A DNA stretch of 64,000 nucleotides from Marsupella aquatica (lineage: Eukaryota > Plantae > Marchantiophyta): the NCBI GenBank assembly GCA_973895155.1, contig OZ316896.1:17658754-17722753 (forward strand), read 5' to 3'. The notes below the pieces were generated by a model, which did not search any database, was not told where the DNA came from, and saw only the letters and a program-made list of their open reading frames with translations. The number at the start of each line of letters is the position of its first letter. Position 1 is the stretch's first letter. Shown in pieces: positions 1-13,600 of this stretch. The position numbers were made by a program, and so were the translations under genes.

Positions 1-76
1 CCTTCACCTTTGCGCGGGCTTTGTTTCCCTTCTCTTCCCACATCTGTAGTTGTCATGTGTGATCACCTATTTGCAG

Positions 77-1136
77 GCAAGTTCCATGATGTTGAATTCA
101 AGGGAGGATGGTTCAAGGGTATCCTATATCTCCCCAAGCTCAACTTGAATGATTACAACGAGGTAGTTTGGAGGAACTTGGTGGCCTATGAGGACGTCCA
201 TTATGACAGAAATGATTTCACACTATATCTGCACCTTATGGACATGTTAATTGGTTCCCAGCCAGATGTAAGCTCATTTCATCCATATTGGTTTGATCTA
301 TTTTATTTGATTTTTGCACAAATCCCAGTTCATGAGCTGACAGTGGCATTGCTCAGAGCAAATGGGGCCATCTCTTATCATTTTCATGAGAATCATATTG
401 GGAAGAGGACCTTTCTAGCTAGTAAAGAACAATTCTACATTTTAATGAACATATGAGTTTGCAATTATATGAAGCAATAGTCTGGCACAATTCACAATGC
501 TGTAAGTTTCATTGGCTTATTGAAAGAATTTCCAGATATAAGCTCTTATGGGATCATCCCAAACTTCTTGCTCAGGTAAGTAAAATTCTTAAGTTTGCAT
601 AATCACATAGGATCTCTAAAAATGTGCTTTGATTAATTAGGACACACAAATCTAGAGTCAGGAACTTTTAGGCACAAGAAGCATGTTTGGATCCACCAAT
701 CCAAGGTTAAAGGTTATGACTCGAATTTCTAGCCAATAAATGAAAACCATATTATAAATGTGCTGTAGTAGGATTAAATATGTTTGTCTTTGTATTACAG
801 GTGATGTTACTAAAATCTGGAAAGTATCCAGTGATAGACTATGACCATCTTGGGGATACCAAGGCCGGAGCAAAAATATTCAACAATGCAGTGCTCCAAA
901 ATTGTTACATCGCTAAAAGTGAAAGGTGGAGGTTGATTCACAAGCAGATATATGAATATTACAATCAAGGCCAAAGGCGAATGTTTTTGGAGTTTATGGA
1001 CACCCAATTTGGAAAGCCTTGGATGACTGCTTCAGTTGTGGCTGCAATTGTTTTACTCGTTATGACTCTTCTTCAAACATGGTATAGTTATCTTCAATAC
1101 CGACAAGGAGAGAATGCAGGAATAAACTATTACTGA
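77..1136 (+). CDS. DUF247/UPF0481 family plant protein, 3' part (exons 77-267 and 801-1136; 5' end lies outside the window)
   Basis: Typical DUF247 C-terminus: G.L.LP.L...RNLVAYE...Y..LMD.LI...D|V.LL, ending in a TM helix PW...SVVAAIVLLVMTLLQT.YS. A GT-AG intron at 268-800 joins the two ORFs in phase 0. Confidence 0.85.
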
Positions 1137-2044
1137 ACATTCGCCTCAATGAAAATCGCTGCAGGAAACATGCCATACAAGTGAGAAGTGTCTACATATG
1201 ATCATGCAAAGTCCTCTCCCACTCAACAACAACACTAGTTGTGTCAATCACTTGTTCCTAAGATTTATCCACACAATCAGTCTTTCATTGAATTTCATTG
1301 GATGGGAGGCAATGTCTAACACATCAAAGTGAGAGGCATTACTATTTTTTAGCCACAAAGCATCTTGTGCTCAAGGACCTATGCTCAGGTAAGTTTAGTA
1401 GCTGGCAGTGCTGGGCCAATTTTCACATGGGGGCCATACTTGACTAATTTTAGTATCTGATTAGTGCTTGGCTAATTTTGGTTGCAAACCCATCCTCAAT
1501 TAATTTGAGCTGCGGACCCATGCTGGGAACATGTGAGATCAGGAGCTAGTAAATTCCTTCAGAAAAAAACAAACTGCTTAAACTCCGAAGCCCATCCCCA
1601 TTTTGAAAGGTCTGGCCAGTAACCCTCTTCTAATCGCCCCACGAACTGCTGTCGGGGATGGCAGCCCATAACCTCCTCTTGGGGATGGGTTACCCTACTC
1701 TTTGTCCCAACCCAACCCATCCAACTTACCCAACGGGAGCAGGGTAACCTTAGCCCTATTTTGAGAGTTGGGCCAGCATTAGCAGAAAATAACACTAAAT
1801 GGTGGGTTTTCTTCTTGCCAATGCTATTTGGGTTACAACTCCATAAATATGGAGAGTAATTCCCGTTTGCCAAGTCCTAGAGTACTATTGCTGCACTATT
1901 GCAATCTTTGCTAGTGTTGGCTCTTGCTTAAGAACTTGCTCATGATGCAAACATGTGCAATGTGTGTCTTGTCATCTTTGGAATGTCCTGATTGTTTGGA
2001 TTGCTACTGCTTAGGGCCACATTGCGCTCTTAAACCCTTATGTA

Positions 2045-2300
2045 CAAACAGAATTAGTGTCACTCTAGTGTTACCTAATTAATGCGGGAACTATTCAAGC
2101 TACCATTGGTAACTTTAATTGAAGTGCAAACATAATTAGTGTTCCTCTGATGTTACTTAATGCTTGCACTGTTTAAGCTTTCAAGCTAACATTGGTAACT
2201 TTAATTGAAGTGCAAACAGAATTAGTGTTACCTGATGTTACTTAATGCTTGCACTGTTCAAGCTATTATCCGTATTTTTAATTGAAACACAAAGAGAATA
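2045..2300. repeat. Degenerate tandem repeat, about 3 copies of an ~85-bp unit
   Basis: Recurring AAACA(G/T)AATTAGTGT...TGTTAC(C/T)TAAT and CATTGGTAACTTTAATTGAAGTGCAAAC blocks. Confidence 0.7.
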
Positions 2301-2917
2301 GTATTACACGTCATTTAATGTGCACACTAATGGTGTATTCTTTCATCCCATCTTATCTTATTAATAAATAGTGAAGAGAAGTTTGAGTTGGGGTCTAGGG
2401 TCTCTAGACCATGACCCTAAGGCCCCACCAATAAGTTTTATGGATTAAAAGAACTAAGAGATATTATATATGTCAAACTGAATGATAATGTTTGTCATCA
2501 TCTTTATTAACAGAATGTGGTATCAGGCTCATACTCTGATACACCCAAATTTTCTCTTTAAATTACTGAGTGATTCTAAATAGGCATCTCATAGTGTCCA
2601 ATTGGGGTGCCCTGGGGGTGCCCTGGTTTTGGATCACCAGACAAAACTGGAGGAGTTGCGTCTCCAGAGGTGAGCACATTTCATTTCTGCTCCATGGGCC
2701 TCTGGAACAGTGTGGAGATTTAATTAGCTGAAAGGAGCTGTTGGAGCTTGGTCGTATCAAATTCAGCTGAGAGCGGTGCTCAATTCTCGATGGGTCACCG
2801 GAACTTGTGGGATTTGATCACCTGAAAGGAGCTGTCGACGATTTGTTGCATCAGATTCAGCTGAGAGCGGTGTTCAATTGTGCTGTACAGTCTCGAATGC
2901 AGCAGCAGTCAGTGGCG

Positions 2918-5617
2918 ATGGCGAAAGATGGAGGCGGAGATGAGAGCAGCCTGTTCTTGGGAGAACCGCAGTGGGAGTATCTGCCAGGAGGGCGAGTTCG
3001 CTGTGTGCAGACTGGCCATGACATGCCGCTGTCAGCGCAACCCACTTACGCCCTCACCAAGAAATGCCGCTCAGCTCTGTTCGAGGCTGCCCTTCAGAAA
3101 CGCACTCCCCCTCTCAACTTCTTCGAGCAAAGCCCTGTTGCCAAGTCAGTGCCTGCTCGCTTCCCGAACCCCCTCCTTTTCTCTGTTTTTCAATCGTGCT
3201 TCTCTACTAGGATGATTTCCATTTTTTCAAAGTCTTAGGGTTTGGGGAATGCCGTGGAGCTGAGTTGAATTTCTTCTCATTGTTGGACCTGTTGATTTGG
3301 GCCATGAAGACTGTGTCATTACGGAGATGGCTAGCTGGATTCCACGTTTTGTTCCGGATGGCCCTGTCATTTTGGATCGATGTCTAAAAAGAGGCTTGTG
3401 GGGTGGATCTGGAAATTATTGGATGGTTCGTTTTTGTTTTGCTCAGAGACAAGATTATTTGCAAGCTGACTGGAGTCGTGCTGAACAAAAAAGAGGATGC
3501 GGTTTGGAAACACATGCTCGGCAAGAAGTTCGAGCAGAAACTAGGTGAGTACTCCGGAGTAAAAGCTGAATTACATGACGTGACGGGATCGGAAGAGTGA
3601 GGGGCAGGAGGAAATCGCTGACTAGCTCAGAAAAGTATTCCTGTTAACATCTTTATGTGCTGTTAACATCTTTATGTGCAGTTCTTCTGTACAAATTTCG
3701 CGGCGATCTCGGCAAGCAAAATGAGATGTTTGGGTCCGCATGTACTATGGAGTATAGGATGTAAAGTCTTTTAGTTTACGGGTCACATGCATGCCGTCGT
3801 ACTTGTACCATTTTAGAAGATGATAAGATGAGCGATAAAACCAAATTTGCAGGCATTACGGTGGAGTCTTGCTATGTATGAACTGAGACGTGAGAACGGA
3901 GTGAAATTTTTTTAAAGGTTGATCTTCAGGATCCTCTTGAATTCTTATTTTCAAAATGAGGAGTAAGAATATGCAGCCGTTATCTTGATTGTGCGGTTGT
4001 CCGACTTGGACGAAATGTGTTCTGTTTATCGTGTCTGTTGTAGCCGAAAAAGAAGCAGAGAAGGGGGTTGTACGGAATGACGTGGAAATGACAGAGAGTG
4101 CTGATAAACCAAGCTCCGATAATGACGTGGATCCGGAGAAACTTGCTAGAGATGGCGACAAGGCGAGGACAAAGAAAAAAGGGAAGATTGTGGTAGATGA
4201 ACAAGATGCAGATGAACAAGAATTGGAGGAAGCTAACTCTGATGGATCCGAGTTTTGGGTTCCTCCTGCTGGTAGCCGATGGGATTTTGACACTGGCAGT
4301 AATGACAGATGGTCAGATGTGCCTTCACACATTGGTCCAGGGTGTAACAAGGGTGTGGAAATAAACGGACATACCAACCCCGCAGCGCTGGAGGAGGGTT
4401 CCAGCTTCGACAATGGTGATACCGAAATGTGTGATGGTGAGAGTTTTCTAAGCTTCGCCATAACAAAGTTGGAACCCTCCAAGTTCCTCATTGGAGGCGT
4501 TCTTATCTCGCTGACAAGTTTTCTCCTCGTCTGGCTGAGAAATACAGAGCCCTCTGCATTCCATGTCTGACTTTTTGGCTAATGGAGCCTTCTTAAAGTT
4601 ACCATACTCAATTTTGTAGCATTCCATTCATTTCCTAGCTGATTATTATGAGGAAAAGGTTACCATAAGAAGAACCAGTCTCATCCTCTTCAACCCCAGT
4701 GAAATTTCAGCGAAACAGGTCCTGAGGAATGGTGTCATTTATGCTCTCCTTAGTAGGATCCTTGATTTCCTTTTGTTGTGTCAATGATCTTGCTCATTCC
4801 GTTGCTGTTTGATAAACCTTATCCGATGAGCGTGTGAGGCATTTGGCAATATTGTTCCGGCCCTGCGTGGCGGCAAAGTTTGCCCGGATCGTGCCCATTC
4901 TCCTGAGCTGGTGAATATGTGATGTGGATGCCTCGAATCTCCTCCTCACTAGACGAATCGTCAAATCCCTAGATCTCAATTCAGTTATTCTTGCCTGTTG
5001 AATAATTGACAAGCCATGCAAAACTCGTATGCGCTTCGGTTTTAAGGATTGGGCAACTCATTTATGGATTCTGCAGTCAGGTGACTGTAAATCGGAGTAT
5101 GTGGATTTCAGTGAGGCGTTCTTTTTTCGGTTCATCGTCTGTGGTTTCTGTGGACCAACATACGTCCTTGCTGTTGTATTTCTTGGTAACCTGCATAGCG
5201 TGTCGCCTTTGGGTATCCTTTCTGAATTCTGCGTAATTTCACTCAGCAGTGGACTTTATAGATTTTCCAGAGAAACTGAATTTAGTACTGATGACTATCC
5301 TTGCTTTTCCATCACTAACGCAGGTGAAGAGGATGTACCTGACAGTGCCAACAGTGATGACAGCGAGGAAAAGATCAGGTAGCCCCTGTTCTCATTACGT
5401 TGACTGGATGAATTCATTTGACCACTTGAAAATGACCTCTCCGTGTGAGAGGAGTTTGCTTACTGCTAACAGCGGCTCCCTTTTCAGGCTTCTTACCTGT
5501 ACCGTATCTCTGTGTCACTGTTTCAGTATGAAGCGGATGTCGACTTCATCTTTACCTAGGTCGCAAAAGAAGAGGGCGAAACGATTAAAAGGAGCGAAGA
5601 AGCAAAATGGGGTGTAA
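2918..5617 (+). CDS. SURF2: Surfeit locus protein 2 (SURF2)-like; exons ~2918-3144, 3447-3544, 4044-4436, 5324-5378, 5527-5617
   Basis: Motifs GRVRCVQTGHDM and KIICKLTG..LNKKEDAVWKHMLGKKF, an acidic region with FWVPP.G.RWDFD, and a basic C-terminus. Canonical GT-AG junctions keep the frame. An alternative ATG lies at 2897. Confidence 0.85.
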
Positions 5618-7375
5618 TCGTGTGAGGTATTTGAGGACTTGGCTGGACTACGAGGAGGATTCAAGTAGCTGCAAGTTCCAAATCGAAAAATGGCTCCAAT
5701 GAAGCCATAATACAATTTTGCCGCATGTTTCTAGTGAAAGCTGAATAGGAGATTGTGTCATTAATTTGTCGGGTCGGTGTTGTGTTCTTCAAAGGAAAAG
5801 GGAAATGGAGCTCTCCTCCATCGGATATCTTTGTTCGTGCTTCCTAGTGCCTCGCGGGAGAGGTCGAGGATGACGACGGAGTAGTCTGATACTTTAGCCT
5901 GGCCATCTTCATTAGAGATCTATGAAGATCCATAGTTGAGACGTTGAGTACATAAAAAAGGCTGTACCGTGGAGTAGTCCCGAGCTTTCGTCCGCCGCTG
6001 TCTTCATCAGAGATCCTTGAAAATTTGTAGTCGAAAACCTCTTGAGTGTCGAGAATTGCGGACCACTTACCCAGAGCTGGAGCTCAGAATGTTTGTTTGT
6101 TGTGACATTTAGGAACTCACAGCCCCCCACTGAAGACGTTTTACGACCACAGACAAGAGTCGCGTACTTGATACCCTCTGAGGTTGATGCTCTCTTCTAA
6201 ATCGATCGAAGGTGAATGTCTTGCAATTGTCAGAATGACAAATAGTTGTGTCCCAGCATCTGGAATAGGAAACAGGAGGTGAGACCTCAGGTAACTATTT
6301 ATCACTCAACTTGTTAGATGCCTTTCTTGATTAGCCCGCAGGAAGGAGAGAGTGTACCCGCACTGGGGCTCACTCCCTCAATGAGGGAAACACCCTAACC
6401 AGCGAAGACACCAACGACCAATCTTAATGTGGTTGTGTAATAAAAGCAAGCTTAATGTTTGTGAGCTCAATGTCTGAGCTCACGAACTTCTTTTCTTCCC
6501 CACAGGAGGTCTTGCAGTTCACAGCGTGTCTTGCGTATTGCGTCGCGAACATAGCATTCTGAATTCTCCTTCGCTTGTACATTCCCAACTGGATCTGAAA
6601 GAAATGCTTCCCCATCTTTGCACTTTGAAGCATTGTTCGAGTTACACAGCCTAAGCCTGACCGTTGCATTCCGATGAATCCACAAATTTCACAGAGTTAA
6701 AGAAGCCCTTAGGTATTCCAGAAGTACGCAGCCTTTCAATTGGTGCCCTGAAGCAAATCCCCAAGAGCGACTGGGCAGAGTGCATGTGGTTTCCAGCTTC
6801 TCAATGGCAGAAAAAGAGCATCATGTAGAAACCCTCCCTGTCTTACGGGCCAGACGGTTCACGTTTGCCTTGAAGGACTCGAGCTAATGAACATTAAACA
6901 AAGCAGAATACCGCAAGCGAAGCATTGGTGCGGGGACGAACCCAAAAAGGGGGAAGCCATGCCAAAGCCAGACAGTTCGACAGTTGATTACATTGTCATG
7001 AAGTCCGCAGTCCTAATCCTACATTACCTTTGCTATCATGTCTGGTCTTCAAAGCTGATTTGGAAGCACACAATGTGCAACTGCATGCCATATCTCTCGA
7101 CTAGAGCCAATTGGAAAATGATTATATCCATCCATTTGATTTAGTGCTGCGTAGAACTGAGCGCTTTTGCAGTCACACGCGAAGTAATTTAAGGAGGTTT
7201 GACTATTCACACCATCGATTAAATGTTGGAGAGAAGAATGAAGAAGCTTAGTGAGAAAGGTGTCGGCAAGTCAGTGGCGTGGCCCACCTACAGTAGTGAG
7301 CTTCTTGAATACAAACACGTACAAGAAGCAAAGCAAAGGCGCAAGGTTACGAACAGTCGAAGTTCTCGCATCATC

Positions 7376-9314
7376 ATGGCAGGAGAAACAGGCTCATCGG
7401 GTCAAGCAACTCTTCCAAGCACAAACTCCACAGCCTCATTTTGGCACAGCCAACCCTCGAAGCTTCTCCTCGGCCACAGAACCACAGAGCACCTGCCCTC
7501 GGAGGCCGAAGTTGTGGTCATCAGGTCTGGAATTACAGGTGCTTTCGCCGCCCATTACATTGCCGAACACGAACGAGGAAAAAGACTAAATGTGGTGATG
7601 CTGGAGGCGAGAGAGGCTTGTTGGGGCGCTACTGGGAGGGTAAGTAGTTTCCTCCGTTCATGGCTGTTGGCTCTTTCTTGTCCGTCCTTGTTTCTGCTAT
7701 CCGAAGCTGGCTACTTGTAACATGGGTACAACTTATGCGTACTCGCTATGCCTGACTAAGGGCTTGAAATTGTATTAAAGAGTGAAACAACTCTTAGCTC
7801 CGATGGATGGTGTGGACATCTTCAGGATTTAGATCATCAGAAATCCCTATTCCCGAGTCGAAAGGGTTACCACGATGACAGAATCATTCACAAAGTTGAT
7901 CACGAAAAGCATTCGTCTTTCTGTTCTGCAAAGCACCGAGGGCTTGAGATAGTATTGAAACAATTCTCATCTTCGATGGATTGTGTTCACCTCATGTATC
8001 TAAGTCGTTATCATTTCTCTATTTTCGAGTGGAAAGGTTTATCAGGAAGCTTTATCACGGAATCACTCACAAACTTGGCCACGATATGCATTCTAAGATA
8101 TCTGTTCCCGTGTAGAACGGCGGGCACTGCGTGCCGAATCTCTACGCAAGTCCTCTGCACATAGCCCGCTTTGAGTTGAACAACTTCGACTGCATCCGTG
8201 CTTTAGTCACCGAAAATCAAATCGATTGTGAATGGCAAGATGTTGAAAACTGCCACGGATACTCCAGCGCCACTCTGTTTGAGCCAAAAGTTGCTGCAGT
8301 AAACGTCCTGCGTTTGCTGGACGCAGAGCTCGGAAACATGGTCACTGTCGTCAATTCAAAATCCATCAATCCGAGTTTGACTGACCTGAGACTCAGCGAC
8401 GAGTTTGTCGGAGCCATTGTACAAAACCACTCGGCAAGCTTGTGGCCCTACAAGCTAGTCGCCTGGATTCTAGAGCGACTGCTGTCAACTCGGGCTGCTG
8501 GAGAGGAACTGAGAGGAGTGGATCGTTCAATCTTCAGACTAACACACCCGTTACGAGTCTGCAGAGGTCAATGAACGGTTCTTGGGTACTGCATACCCCA
8601 CGCGGAATGGTGGCTGCAAAGGAGATCATCCTCGCAACCAATGCATATACGTCATATCTTCTACCACAATTTGCAAGCCTCATCACACCCGTTAGGGGGC
8701 AGATGAGTGCCCTGCTACCACCAAACGCTTTGCGCCCGAGTACTGGAAGCGCAATAGCAGGGAAAAATTCATATAGTTTCTATGGACGTGGCACCGGAAC
8801 AGGGTCGACTTTCAATCAAGATGATTATCTCGTGCAGCGTCCTTTCATCGGTGTCGAAACGGCAGAAACTGGCGGTGAGCTGATGTTCGGCGGGGCCCGA
8901 CAATACGCAGATAGATCTGGCGAAGGTGTCAGCGACGATAGTGATATCGATCAGCCAGCTGCAAATTACTTGAGACGCGAACTGATCCAAGTACTTGATC
9001 TCTCAACAGATGAACCAGAACTTTGCGCATCTTATGAGTGGACTGGAATCATAGGATTGAGCAAGGATGGCAGACCGTGGGTCGGAGAAGTGCCGGAGAC
9101 ACTGGGAGGCGGCCAAGGCTTATGGATATGTGCAGGATTTACCGGCCATGGAATGCCCAACGCAAGTCTCTGCGCCAAAGCAGTAGTGGACATGATGATG
9201 GGAAAGCAGGCCGAGGAGGTCGACCTACCAATTGAGTTCCAACTATCTACAAGGAGAATTGAACTGGCTCAGATGCTTTCAAAGCCTCCTCTGCCACGGA
9301 CTACTAGAGCGTGA
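7376..9314 (+). pseudogene. FAD-dependent oxidoreductase (DAO/PuuB-like, fungal type), probably disabled; exons 7376-7639 and 8116-9314
   Basis: Motifs LP..NST.SFW, MLEAREACWGATGR|NGGH, LWPYKLV, NLQTNTPV, ILATNAYT..LLP, PVRGQM, WTGIIG.S.DGRPWVG, AGFTGHGMP. A frameshift lies at ~8490-8520, and the GxGxxG motif reads IRSGITG. Confidence 0.8.
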
Positions 9315-10618
9315 TGCACCATGCACAAAAGTGTAGAATGCAGAAGTTGCTTGGGTTACCTGTGGCTTACAAGATCCAGAACTCTTTGCCGCACCCGACA
9401 GAGGTATGTTCTTTGGGACAACATTGGTAGGGGTACGAATGTTGTTTGCTCCAAGAGAAAATTCGGAGATTAAGTAGCTCGAGACACGAGAGTGCAGTAA
9501 AATTTAGTATGGTCCATTATAAAGAGAGGGTCTTAGCTCAAGATCCTTTGACTAGACGAGTATTCTGTAGCCCCTTCAACTGCAGGCTCGCTGCCAATCT
9601 TCTCGAAGTTGGAGCACCCTCTGTGTCCCAGTTCCCCAGGTATCACAACAAGGAGAATATGATCACAGGAATGTGTCATCCAAGCAAGCGACAGGCAGGG
9701 AATTAGGAAGGGCTGCGCTACTGGAGACCCAGAAGGCTGATGTACAACAAGACTGACTCTTGCCTAATTTCCCGTGCTCAAGAAGAAATCATCACCTTGT
9801 AGCTGAAGTATACTGTGCTCGACATACACTCGGTAAGCGCACCAAAAGACAGAAGATGCAATGCTTGAAATATTAAATGCTTGCGTCCTCTGAATGGTTT
9901 CGTCTCAACAATGTAATTCCATACTACACACGCACAATTGTCAAAATGTCATTGCACTTCGTTAACAAAGCACTACCCTGACTCTCGGTATTCAGTATTC
10001 AATTACGTCTTCTGATTGAAAATCAATGAAGTGGTGAAAGAACCATCGAAGGTGAACTCAGATCGCTGTTTGCTACGCATATTCGAATTACCTTTGCTTA
10101 AATTTTAGTAACCATTTTATTGACAGTAGATCGATTTGAAATAAATCTTACACTTCCTTCTAACAGTACATGAACCTCTCAGGATGTCTGCCTTACATCC
10201 TTAAAAGGATTCTCAATGTTTCCAAAAAAATGGACTATCAACACATTCATCCAGGAAGGCATGAAGTGGTGGGCATTCTTCCCAGAGTTTTCAGTATCAC
10301 ACAGCAGTATGGGAGAGTACTCTTATCTAATTCTCCTCTTGGAAGGGAGAGAAACGCTTCCAACTATCAAACATACTACATAGTGAATCTCATCCCTTTG
10401 ATTGGCTGGGTACAAGAATTAGTGACTGATAGCGTGGACCAGCTAAGGCATGTTTTCTGCCCACTAGCGTGATGGACAGAGAAGCCTGCACACCTGGAAT
10501 GAACGTGAAAATAGGGTGTGTCCACCATGACCACCTCCAGAACCAGAAGAGTACTACCGTTGTAAAAATTATCTAATTCACCACAATCATGAGGTTCATC
10601 AAATAGAACTGCCGGCCT

Positions 10619-13600
10619 TCACCTTTCTCTATCCCGGCTCTCGGAAGGCGTTGACCCAGGAGAGTTGGGCTGAGAACTGGAGGATACATCTCTCCGTTCT
10701 TTGGGTGGTGTATTGCCACCGCCATTTCGTGATGTTACTAATTCTCTTGGTTTAGCTGTAGGGGGAGTATCATCATCATCTAAGGGCAAGGTTCTCTTGG
10801 GACCATCCAAAGCTACCCCTAAAACCAGGTTCTCTTGCACGGACTGGAGCCTCGGAACTGGCGCTGCTGAAGGGGTAGCCACCGGCGATTGTGCTGTTTG
10901 CGCCTTCTCTTCCAAATTTCTGGCACCATGTTGTCCAATATCCGACTTTTGAAGAGCTGAGGCAACCGACGGCTGCGTGACAACTTGAGGTTGTTCTTTC
11001 CACGGATCACTTTCAGACTGTTCAGTTACGAGTTCCTCTGGAGCAGAGGAAGATTTCAACTCCTCAGGAGTCTCATCAGTGACTTTAGGACTAGAACCGT
11101 CGGCCTTAGCAAGCTTTTGCTGTTCCGTCGCAATTTTAGCGACAGCTTTCGCACCTTGACCAATGTCTACATGGGGTGCTGAATCTACAGGTCCTCCAGG
11201 GATGTCAGCTGGTGGTTTCTCATACGCAGCTTTCAGCAAAGTGATATCGTTGGAATGGAGACCCATCGAATCAAGACCCTCCAACTGGGGCTTTGTACTG
11301 GACGCTCCTCGCTTTTGACCAACTTCAGCCGTCACTGGTGCTTTCTCCTCAGGTTTCGACTTGCTTTTAAGATCTGATACATCCTCGGAAGAATGAGCCA
11401 CCTTGGTTGGTGAAGTTTTCGCTCCGTCTTTACCACCTTCCTTGACTGAGTTCTCTTTGCCAATATCCCTGGACACATTCCCTTTCCCTGTGTCGGAAGT
11501 GCGCAGAGACGAGTCCATCTTTACTAGGTCATCTTCGTCAGAGTCGTGCACTGCAACAGCGGCAGCTTCGATCATGTAGAGTGGTTTCTTCCTGTCTGAA
11601 CTGGATCCAGCATCTCGGAAGGGTGACTGGCGGGTTTCACCCTCATCAAAAATTCGCTGTACGGAACGGATGGGAGTTGCCAAACGTGCATTGTGGTGGC
11701 TGATTACTCTCAACAGGTCCAACAAAATTATCTCCTGAAATCAGTAAAAATTGTATGAGTGGAAATAAAAACAGGCCTCACTCCGTGCAAAGCAATGTTA
11801 AAAGTTACGAGCGGCAAAAATAAGGGTTTAAACAAGTAACTAAGCGATGCATTCATTCTTGACCTCGATATTTAACCGAGTACTACGAAGTGCAACTCTT
11901 CAGCCTTGCAGGTTTGTGTCAGAGCTTACTTTAACACGTAAATATTCCTCAAAATGTGATGTCTTTACAAAACATGATACCAGAATCTGTGAGCAGAAAA
12001 CAACGACCGAAAATTAGAGTTGCACAAAACAAGCCGAAGCAAACATCATTATAAAATCACGGAGTACGGGAAGTTCATTAAAAATGTTAGAGAAAAGAGA
12101 GCTCACCAATAACGACTGATTGTCAGGGTCAATATTATCAAAAAATGCTCGGCGATGTAGTCTTTGCTGTTCTACATTAGGATTCTTTGAGATCACCTTC
12201 CTCATATCGGAAACAATATCCTGCACATCAGCAAATTTTTGTTGACTATTGAATGACAGGAAAATTCTTGAAGGAGTGAATTGAAACCTGAGCGAACTGC
12301 CAACTATAATTCTCAGTTAATAGAGTCAAAGACGAAGGAACTTACAGAGATTTTGCCAACATCAAGATGGCTGATTCCAAAGTGCGTCTTTATGCGCCAG
12401 TGAGTTTTCTGACTAAGATTGCGGACAACACTGACAGTAAACTTGTGGTTAGGAATGTGCACGGCCTCCCTATCATCGCCTCTGATGACTGTCGGCGACC
12501 ACCATCCCACATGCTGCATACATATACCAGCCATCAATGGCTATCAGGATACTAGACGACATGCTCAAAATTCTGGTGCTTCCCACAAATCCTAAACTCC
12601 CTGACAACAGAAACATTTCCGCGATCAGAGTGGCTTTTGGGATAGCATCGATGGGCATGCAGTTGCACATTTCCTATGAACCGCTGTAGACAAACTGGAG
12701 CTAGTGACTGAGCATCGCAAGTACCTCTACAGTACCAGAAACTTCCTGGCCTTCAATTTTCGTCTGAATCCACTCATTCTCCACAAATGGCCGTGTTGCA
12801 TGGATCATGATGCTCGATAAAAAGTTTGTGAAGATCTGCACCAAATATCAAGTCAAGAGTAAACAATCCGTTCACATACAAAGGTAATCTGAAGTGAGGG
12901 TTAAAGACAATCAATCATAAGATTCGAAACGAAAGACATACATATAAGTCCACAATGGTCTGCCTCACGAACGAGAAGAATGCTTACCTCACGACCAGCA
13001 AGAGTAAGAAGTACTGTTCCAAAACCTCCGGCAGTGATCAATTTTTGCGTTGAGAACCCTAATAACTCCATGAAAAGGCAAACAGCAGCTACCCAGACTG
13101 AAGTATACACTGTGTTACCAACAAACTGAACTCCAATCTGGATCCAAGCAACACAGTCCAGATCAGGTTGTAAACTTACGAATCTGAGTCATCAAACAGT
13201 CTATTAAAAAACTGATGTACGACACAAAGACGATAAGAACAAGACAGAGAATAGCAATTAAAGTATTACATTGCGTGAATTTGCTTCTTGGCGCTCCATC
13301 ATTGTCTTCTGGACCTGCTGCGTCAAGCTGCAACCATTTCACTCGTTCCCTTAGAATTCATCCATTGAACCTGAGAATAGTACAAAATAAGAGACGCAAA
13401 ACCTTATATGGTCGTTGAGTGTGGCTTACCTGGCAGTGCAAAATGCAAATGCAAGTACGGTGGACAGCGACCGTACAAAATTGATAAATCTCCCCTTCAC
13501 TGCATGGCTAGCCTCCGATGACAAGATCACAGGATCAAACGCTCTGCAAGACAAATAACAATTTTAAGAAATTTGTAGTCCGCCACGTCTACCGAGCTTC

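Noticed and set aside
2787-2800. 14-mer TCGATGGGTCACCG shared between the SURF2 upstream region and 37698
   Set aside because: Short isolated match with no extended similarity.
3641-3679. 19-bp exact tandem duplication in a SURF2 intron
   Set aside because: Ordinary slippage or repair duplication with no evident function.
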